NCBI GenBank assembly: GCA_907165135.1
Contig: OU015567.1
Coordinates: 7,502,001-7,566,000 of the forward strand
Length of the DNA stretch: 64,000 nt
Source: Oikopleura dioica
Taxonomy: Eukaryota; Animalia; Chordata
Direction of reading: 5' to 3'
In this document: in pieces, positions 55,618 to 64,000 of the stretch
Numbering within the stretch: position 1 is the first letter of the stretch
How the letters are laid out: every line of letters begins with the position of its first letter
Notes under the pieces: generated by a model
Databases searched by the model: none
Told to the model about the DNA's origin: nothing
Seen by the model: the letters and a program-made list of their open reading frames with translations, nothing else
Made by a program: the position numbers and the translations under genes

Positions 55618-56002
55618 TTATAAGACGAATTCGCGGAAGGCGTCGAGGTGCTCTTTTAGGCTCTCGATATCTTCGTCTCCTTCTGGCCAGATGATTCGAA
55701 GAGGAGCACAAATTGGACATTCGGGCTTGGAGCAAGAAAGGCAATGTCTCAGGTACTTTCTTGAAGCGTCACATGCCGCGACTCCGAACTGAAAAAATGA
55801 TTATAGCTGAAATTTAAATCAAGGAAGAGAATTACTCTCAAATTGCATTTTTTCTCGAAGCACTCCTCTTGATGACAAAGCAGATCCTAAAAAGGGACGT
55901 TTGAGTCATGAAATGCAAAAGGAAAGAGCTCACTTGGAAATCCAGGCAGTATGGCATCAGAGCACACTCTTCGTCATCGCAATCAACACAGTGGATCATC
56001 AT
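55618..56002 (-). CDS. Stand-alone TAZ-type zinc-finger protein (~96 aa, 3 exons)
   Basis: Exons 55934-56002, 55836-55886 and 55618-55788, joined by two 47-nt GT-AG introns, give MMIHCVDCDDEECALMPYC..HQEECFEKKCNLRFGVAAC..RHCLSCSKPECPICAPL, three HCCC sites. Extra 5' exons are possible. Confidence 0.75.
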
Positions 56003-57883
56003 TGAAATTACCTGTCAACGGGTGAAATCAGAAAATTACGACCAAAAGCACAATTATCGCTCATCTCTCTTTATCATCTTTTTTAGAATATTTTCAGAGA
56101 AAAAGATGTTTTTTTTTTTCAAATTTTTTTTTGACTAAAATGGCTAATATTGAGAAAATTAACAAAAAAAAATTTCAATTATCTTCGGTTAAAAAGTCTA
56201 GTGAAAAATCTTTCTGTTCGTAATTAGTTTTTATAAAAAATATTTTTTTTCTTTTCGAATTAACCCGTTTCCTTTCTGATACCAGCGTACTTGTCAGCTT
56301 TTGCGTTTTTCATCTCTGTGACATTCATTTTTTTTAATGAAGTTAACTTTGTTTGTTTGCGCTCGTTTGATGAGTTTTGCGTTTGGAATTCAAGGCCTCG
56401 CCTTGATGAAAGAGGTATTTATTCATCAGTGCAAGGGCGGCCACTAGCGATTCTAGTAACAAGTGATAAAGACTGTCCAAAAGTGTCAAAGTGAGTCACG
56501 CTCGTCAAACAGTAACATCTGTACATTTCCCATCTGGTGTATAAATCTAAAACACGTCCTCTATCAACCACAGTGATTCATTTTCACTGCACGTACCGTG
56601 GTATATGAGAAAGTTACAAACCGCGACGTTCGATTTTTCCCATTTTTACCTTTTTTCGGCGATTTTTTTTCTTTAGTTTTTTTCGTAGAAACGTTGTTAA
56701 ACTCGCTCTAGAGCAACTTTAATACTTTGGCCTATTTACTATATTCAAGCCCTAATCTAGCCATAAGTCCTTCTAATTGCCGATCAACTATTCCTCAAAA
56801 ATGCGCTGCTCATACTCGTCTCACTTGCGCAACTCCGAAGACCGCGGAACAATCTTGGGCGACAGGCCATTTTTTCAAAGTTTAGCATGTTGATGAAATA
56901 ATCATAAAAATCATAAGACTCACGTTGTTGTGAGTCTCTTTGATTTACTCTTGATAATAACAACCGCATCAAAAAGCAACAGCAAATGTTGTTTGGTTTT
57001 CGAGCATGGTCGATTTCTTCTTACCCACCGGTCATAGAAATATTTTTCTAAGTACAACTCGTCTCAGTGACATTTCTATCATTCTATTTTATGCGGTAGA
57101 AAGATTTGAGCGAAAGCCCGATTCTCTCGCTAGAATTTTTTGATAAAAATCTGAACGAGTAATTATGGCTTGTAAGAATATGGAAAAACTACTGGTAGCA
57201 GTGATAAGAAAATGTGAATAATGTAGCGATTCGTGTAGTCGAAGAAATTGATAATTACTTTTCACGTGGAACTTTTTTCTTAACAGAAAAACAAGGAAGA
57301 ATACGCTAAAAGAAAAAGTTATGCTGAAATAAAAATCGCAATAGGTTAAGTCGTTCAAATTAAGCAGACGAGAAATGAGCTTTTCTCTTTTGCGTTTACG
57401 TTTTTCAAAGTTGATAAGTCGCTAACCTGCTTACACCGTGGAATGGGTTGAGCTGGGCAGCTGAATAAAATGCCGATCATTATCCTCGAAATTCGGAAGG
57501 CAAATAAACCCCCTCACGCGGTCCTTGCTTCCATCATTATTTTTTTTTCCTCCCCAAATTGAAATTTGCCATTTTTCATTCTTCCTCGACTTTATCGTAA
57601 AAAATACGGCGGTGACTTAACATGCCTCGAGTTGACTTTGAATCAGAAGGAAAGAATCAAAATCGAATCTCGGTGGCGAATTTTGTATCATTACATTTTG
57701 CGATCACATTACTACTTCGAGGACACCTGCGATGCCACACGTATCCTCATCACTTGCTTCTTCGAGTTTTAATCCCTATCCTTAAGGCCTTCACCTCATC
57801 TACTACTTCTTGTCTGTGTAATTCTAGCTTCAATATTCAGATTTTGGAATCAAAATATTTCGCTAGCAATATAGTCTTGTAAT

Positions 57884-58078
57884 CTGGGCCGGCAACCTGA
57901 GTAGAAAACCTGAGTCAGGGTCTGAAAGATCAAAACTGAAAAGCGGCTTCGTCAGAAGTATAAAATATGATTGAATCATAATCTTGGGAAGCCGCTTCGC
58001 GGCTTCGTTTTTTAAAAAGCCGCTACGCGGCTTTTCATTTTTGATCCTTCAGACCCTGACTCAGGTTGCCGAGCCCAG
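57884..58078. mobile_element. 195-bp MITE with ~50-bp TIRs and internal palindromes
   Basis: ctgggccggcaacctgagt...cagggtctgaaagatcaaaa versus ttttgatccttcagaccctgactcaggttgccgagcccag; flanks cttgtaat / tttgcaat may be a decayed 8-bp TSD. Confidence 0.75.
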
Positions 58079-59230
58079 TTTGCAATTGCAAAACAGCAAT
58101 TGAGAGACCTTGTCTTGCCTATGCGAATATTCGCTAATTCGCCGACTTCATAAAAAGTTGCATCACAAAAATTCCCCTTATTCCGGCGCTGTTATAAACG
58201 TGCGCGATGAGAGGTAAATCCCCCTCCGCCCAGGTCTATTTGTGATTTAAGAATTCAGCGCGATAGATCATCCTCGAGCTTCTCTTCATGATGCAAATTT
58301 GAAATTTCGCATCTTCAGCAAAGCCAGCGAAATGAGTCAAACAAGTTCTATCAAAATAGTATTAAAATATTATTAGCCAAAAATGATTTTAACTTACCTT
58401 GATCTAACGTTTATTTCGGGACAATTTAACCATGAAACGCAGTTTAACAAATTCAATTAAAAAAATCATTACAAATGCAGTAACGCAATAATCCATTTGT
58501 CAGCCAAAGCAGTTAGTAAGGTAAAGTGAGGAGATGATCTGAAAAATTCATATCTGGGAAATGCCGGTAATGAACGGAAAGAACGAGAAATCGTCCGGAT
58601 CAAGGGGATATTTACGCTCTCTTCAATAATTGCGAGTGAAAGAAAAATTTCTTGCGCAAATGTTCAAGGGCTCATTCAAGAGCAGAATAGTTCGAGTACC
58701 AACGCACAGACGATAAAGGCAGCCTTTTGTTGACATGTGAATGTTGACATGTGAATGTGTCATGTTCCTGTCATCATAAATCAACTCGTAAAATTTCCTT
58801 TTGGCTGCTCTTGGTTCAATAAATATTGTTAAATTTAAATTCTGAGAGGAAAAAAAGAAGCCTTCTGAAAGGCCATTTTGAGGCGTTTTTAGGTAAGTTT
58901 AGGTCGGTAGATCTGGCTGAATAATTGAGCACTTGGTTCGGCTCCCATACTCAAGATAAATATTTCTGAAATAATTATCCGCTCCACTTGTCACTGGCAC
59001 TAAAGTTATCAATCGCGCCAGGCGGCTTTCTGAAGCCTCGTGAACACATCGTAATATTTTGCCTCTTGCTATTTTTTTGCTTTTTGTCTGGATAAAGATT
59101 AAGAGTATCCCCACTTATAGTTGACTAGAGGGCACAACGTCACTATTTTGAGTGTTTGAACGAGGAAAAAAATCCACAGAAAACAGCTTTTTATTTTTAA
59201 CGAGCCGTTTTGCGTGTTTTTTATTCAATT

Positions 59231-60323
59231 ATGACTTCAAGAGAAGCTCCTGCTCAAACTCAATCCACAAAGAAAGGTAAATTACGCGATAAATTAGAAC
59301 GATGAGAAAGCGGAGGATACACCCTTAACGATCGTCAAAAATTTTAGCAAGAGATGATTTTTGAAGATTTTAACGATTTTCCTAGAAAAATATTAATTTG
59401 CGTCATGTTAAAAAAACGTCTCTTTTGTGATCTGAGCAGCTTAATTTTCGATTGTTTTACTCAAAAAGTGTCTGTTGTTATATCTAATAATTATATCTAT
59501 TGTGATAAGCAGCTGCTTGCCTCTCAATGAGGGCCTCCTCGAGACGTGAGAGACTTGAGTTCAACAATCATTATCTGAATTGAGAATTGAAAATTGAAAA
59601 TTTCCGACTTCGAAAAATTTCGAGCTGAAAATTAAAATTGTGTAATTGTGTAATTTTTGTAATTTCGCTAATTTGACGAACACACGACTAATCGATGCGT
59701 TGATCAAATTTTCGGAAAAATGAATACACTCGGCGAGGAGGTTCAATTGCTATAATTTAGAAAAATCCACCAAGCAAACGAGCACGGATCATATTCAACT
59801 CAACGGGAGAGCATCAGAATCCGAGAAAAATACTCAACAACTTCACGAAATGGATGCTACAGAGATGGAGCGAATGAAACGACTCAATCCGGACATTTTG
59901 AGAGACCAAGGTACTTTCAAGCTAGAATTCGGACAAGTCCATTTTCTGTAGAAAAAAGTTGAGAGAAATCAAAAAAGAGGCCGTTCTATGAATTGTCCAA
60001 GTGAGACTCTTTTAGATCAAAAGTTTCATCCAAATTTCGCCGCGCAGAATATTCTGACTGGCGCGGGAAAAGTAAGTTTTGATTGACACGAGTGCGCGCT
60101 AATGGCCTTTTGTAATTTTTCAGCCGATTTTGTCGCCACTTCAACAGAAGAGAATTCTGATTCACTTGAATCAACTTCAGAATATCAAGCTGGAGAGAAA
60201 CAGGAATTCGGTTGAAGTCACTTTTTTTGCAAAAACTATCAATGGGTGCTCAAATAGTAGCAAGACTTGCGCCTTCGTCTACCGACCAACCATGTGAGGG
60301 ACCAGAATGACATGGAAGGCTGA
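59231..60323 (+). CDS. Possible uncharacterised multi-exon gene
   Basis: In-frame GT-AG exon chain: MTSREAPAQTQSTKK|EKSTKQ...LRDQ|...TGAGK|PILSPLQQKRILIHLNQ...|QDLRLRLP...EG*. No homology recognised. Confidence 0.35.
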
Positions 60324-61785
60324 GTTTGGACTTGATAGAACCTTCAAAGGTGGTGAATCCTTCATCATCGATTTGCGGTTTTTTTCTAGTGGGTCAAGGG
60401 GACTCTGCTTTGTCACATCTCTCAGAATTTTGCGTTCCGGACCGCCTCTGGTTCCTGAAAGATGCCCCCGTGAAGAGAACAGACTGCCTCCCGAACAGAC
60501 ATCCTCATCCACTTGCATTTTGAACTGCGAAGCCAGATGAGCGTAACAGGAATCCTCACGAAGGAAGAGCAATTAAGCTCTTCGGGATTCGAACACACTT
60601 GACCATTTTCGCCTACTAACCCGCTACCCACACCACCGGGTAGCTTCCGATAATGGGGATGAAAAATCAACTTTATAAACCGAAAAAACCGACCTCGAAT
60701 TTGACAATTCTTACATTTTTACTTTTTATTACAACATTTCTTCGGAAGTAGCCGCACATCAGCTCTTCTCGATGTAATTTAACATTGTTTTCAACTTCCG
60801 ATTTTCAAAAACGAAGAATTCCGCGCCCGTTAGATCCAAGTAAATGAACAACTAATTTATTGCCGAATCAATATTTTTGATTCAAATAATAATTAATCTA
60901 ATATGAAGTGATCAAATAACTGCAACTGTGTTTGCGACATTGTCTTTTGAGGAGAACATCTTGAGAGATAAAAGTGTGAAGTTTTATTTGCACAATGTTG
61001 TAATTTGCAAAACATGAAAAGACTTCTACTCGCTTGTGAAAACAAGCAATTTCTTTGAAGCAAGTTTATTTCTATGTAAGTTACAAAATGTGGATTCAGC
61101 GTGTCAATTTTGACCGCTTTCTACCGCGCTGCTGGAGGAACTGCAAATATTTTTAAAATTCAATGAATTAGCCTTTCGCCGACTCAGCTTTTTTCGTGTT
61201 TATCTTCAACCGGAAATAAAGATACCAGCAACTGTGCTTTGACAACGAAGCCTTCATCGACACTGAGCCGACCGGCAAATCTTCAACTTCAAATTCCAAC
61301 ACCAACAGCCTCAATCTTTGATCATCCTCGCCGATTAATCTGCTTCTCATGCACAAAATTGAAATAAAAAAAAAAAGTTCACTTACATCATAAATATCAA
61401 AAATACATCATGTTATCTCTACTGGTTTCTTCTTGTTGCGTGAAGATTTGGTTGATAACTGGGAGGACCAGTGCTCTCAAAGTGGATTGCGGCTGTGGAT
61501 TTTGTGATCTACCTAAAAGTGTGAAATCTGATAACCGATTATATTTACTCAAGAGGTTCTATAAACTGCTTTCTATGTGAAAATATGCAGGTTTTTAAGT
61601 ATAATTTGATAGATTTTAGACAAGACTTGCTTCGAGAAACACCTTTTTTATGAGATTTCATGATAAGATACACCGATTTTTTTTATAAAAAAGGCATAAA
61701 TGTTTATTACTTTCTGTACAAAGAAATATCTTTACTTTCACAAAAGATATCTAAATAACCATCGGAGCTTTATTTCTCCAATCGT

Positions 61786-62927
61786 TTAGGCGCACATGCC
61801 ATAAGGCTGAATGGTATGGTCGTCGCAGCACTGTTTGTTGAGAGAGTTGAAGATCGTCAAGGGACCGGTTGGGGGACCGCAGCATTCTGGCTCACTTAAC
61901 AAATTTTGCGTGAGACTTTGTCGGGAAATTTCTCGTCGGTTTACGCCCGCCGCAAACGGGGGCTTATTTTGTAACTGTTCTGTAGCTTATTGTTTCCCGG
62001 AAACTCGGCGATTAGAAAAGCTCGTGCTAAGCAATTTTCAAGACATCTATTACAACGCCTGGATATATCATCAAGCCCTTATCCCAAGTGAATCTACTTT
62101 TCTTTACATAATCAAACTATTAATGTTAAATTACTCCCTCTCACTAAAATCTCGAGTACCTGACGCCGCTGGTTTTCAAACACGATGAGTTATCACCGCG
62201 CGGGTCCCATCCAGTGGTCGACCAGAAGAGATGATAGTCGGAATTGAAATGCACAAGTTGCTCGGGCATCTTTTTCGCGTAGTCGAGGTCGCACTCGCAT
62301 AGATTTCTCTGGCAAGTGCCCGGCTTGTCCACGCAGATTACACCGCCGTTGGTTTTGCGCCATTTGTACTTGACGAGTTCGCCGATGCATTGCTCGCCAA
62401 ACTCCATCTTTACGCATTTTTGGCAGTCTTTGTACTGCTTGCATACAACGTCTTTAGACTTGTTCAAGAATTGTTACATAAAGAATCGAATTGTCTATTT
62501 GACGAAGCTAGCGTGTCTCGTGTACGTAATTGTTGATAAAAATCTTGAACAACATTCCTAAAGGATCAACCGGTCGTCCATAGCCAGGATCGCTCATTGG
62601 GCGGTCGCCAAGGATCAAACAGTGGCATCCGTATGTCCAGTACTTAACACTTGATTGTCCAAAGAACAAAGAGAGTTTTTACCTTTCTTTCATCAAAAGA
62701 AGGGTTGTAAAACTGCACGATCTTCAGCAAGTCCGAGTACCTTCTTCCCATCACCGAGATTCCCCCTAAAAAGAATCTTGATATTCCTAAATCATTACTT
62801 TTTACCAACCTTGGGGTCGATTTCCATGTCGTCCTAGAATGCCCAACGAGTCGCTTTCATCCGCTTGCGCTTGTGTTCCGCTGAAAAAGGAAGCTCCGAA
62901 AAGGGCAAAATTGAAAAACGATTTCAT
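61786..62927 (-). CDS. Secreted PLA2-like protein (Oikopleura-type expanded family) with C-terminal CC..CC Cys module
   Basis: Signal MKSFFNFALFGASFFSGTQA; RRYSDLLKIVQFYNPSFDERK|YWTYGCHC..GYGRPVDPL|DVVCKQYKDCQKC..LCECD; last exon CCGPPTG..NKQCCDD; TATA-like site at ~63020. Confidence 0.85.
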
Positions 62928-63092
62928 GATGTTGAAGTTCGCTGGTTGATAATTGCTTATTGCAATTAACTGGAAGTGAAATTTGTTTGATGAAATTTCC
63001 GGGCTGATGAGATTTTTTATATTGCTCGAGTTATATCAAATGGCGCCGTCTAGTGCACCGGCTGGTAGATATGATTTACGCCACGTGAGCGG

Positions 63093-63359
63093 ATGGAACT
63101 GATTATCCCACAAGTTGGACAAACACGAAGCAGATTTTTAAAATATGAAATTCAGGATCCGGAAATTGCTGAAATCAGCTTCATGCGCTTTGATTTCCCA
63201 GATGGAAATTCTTCATGGGAACTCTCGATAACTACAGGAGGAACGAAGATGCACGTAACCGTAAAATCTCACCTCTACGGTGCCTATCTTGCCAAAATCC
63301 TAGACACGTTGCGAAGGCTAGAGAGGACATTTTCGAAAAAGTGTCCGTTGAAATTGTAA
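63093..63359 (+). CDS. Possible small single-exon orphan ORF (88 aa)
   Basis: Protein-like composition, divergent from the PLA2-like gene. No motif recognised. Confidence 0.3.
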   Translation: MELIIPQVGQTRSRFLKYEIQDPEIAEISFMRFDFPDGNSSWELSITTGGTKMHVTVKSHLYGAYLAKILDTLRRLERTFSKKCPLKL

Positions 63360-63641
63360 AAGCAAACATGCGATAATAATCATTATTCTCTTGATTTGAG
63401 GGTGAAACTATCAACCTAAAACTGAGAATCTTGCTGCTAAGACCTTTCGTTACATCATGCAGAAACTGGGTAAAATTGGTATACAATCTTTTGCTGTTTC
63501 ATAAGAATTTGGAGAGACGGAAAATCTTATCTTTCTGCAACTTTTAGACGCAAAACTCGTGCATAAACATGTTATCTTCTTTTTCGAAAATTTCCAGATT
63601 ACTCAGTCAGGAGTTTATTCAATCTTTTTCTTTTTCGACTT

Positions 63642-63820
63642 TCAAACATTCACAGTTTCAGTCTGTAGGCGTTTCTGAACAGCATCTTGGAAGAGGTTGA
63701 AAACCGGCTTCGCGGAATTGGCAGCTTTGTGGAGCGCGTCCATAAGATGACCCTGGAAATCGCCATCGGATTGAACCGCCAGCAGCTTTCCGGTTCGGGA
63801 GAATACTGCGTGAATTGAGC
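63642..63820 (-). CDS. Probable last exon of a gene entering from beyond the window end
   Basis: After an AG acceptor it reads GSIHAVFSRTGKLLAVQSDGDFQGHLMDALHKAANSAKPVFNLFQDAVQKRLQTETVNV*. Confidence 0.35.
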
Positions 63821-64000
63821 CTTTTATTGATGCTCAGAATTTAAATCGCCGACTCAGAATCGTTAATAGTTCGATTTTATAAGAAAAAGATCGAATATAT
63901 AATAATTTAGAGCACTTTCCTATCGAGTTATTAATATCTTCTAGCGTTGGGTTCCCTAAGATTTTAATGAGAAGACAAGTTCAAATTTGAATGTCATACC

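Noticed and set aside
56760-57780. Short ORFs and possible exons upstream of the TAZ gene (56784-56972, 57566-57772)
   Set aside because: They could not be joined in phase to anything and no family was recognised.
58728-58756. Short tandem ttgacatgtgaatg x2
   Set aside because: A simple local duplication with no spacer structure; not CRISPR-like.
60279-61510. Minus-strand ORFs 60279-60572, 60422-60670 and 61168-61356
   Set aside because: Possibly exons, but no consistent gene model or homology could be established by eye.

Overview
Eukaryotic, extremely compact, gene-dense genomic DNA. It is most consistent with the appendicularian tunicate Oikopleura (dioica): many 40-60 nt introns (several exactly 47 nt), GA-AG and GC-AG introns, genes 70-180 bp apart with a pyrimidine-AG acceptor just before the ATG (SL trans-spliced operons), and a lineage-typical PLA2-like gene. 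The species is inferred, not database-confirmed. The minus-strand block 1-18.6 kb runs RSL24D1 > MCM2 > POLR2B > RPL19 > Ub-RPS27A > Twinkle > unknown > ZMAT2 > unknown. The plus-strand block holds two mitochondrial-type thioredoxins, an NSD H3K36 methyltransferase, HP1, APLF, NTMT1, EXTL3, an orphan, BRCA2 and RAB11FIP. After that come AOAH (-), a double-domain serine protease (+), PKG (-), a stand-alone TAZ zinc-finger gene (-) that the ORF track misses, and a PLA2-like gene (-). Mobile DNA: an intact 3046-bp Kolobok transposon in the last intron of RSL24D1, a 604-bp fold-back MITE that interrupts BRCA2 coding sequence yet reads as a spliceable intron (introner-like), two more TTAA MITEs and another MITE family present twice. 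The best leads are the MITE-made BRCA2 intron together with other hairpin-bracketed non-canonical introns, the stand-alone TAZ protein, NSD fused to C2H2 fingers, FxxC-type BRC repeats, APLF without a Ku-binding motif, and an eS31 that has lost its zinc ligands. All exon structures were assembled by eye.
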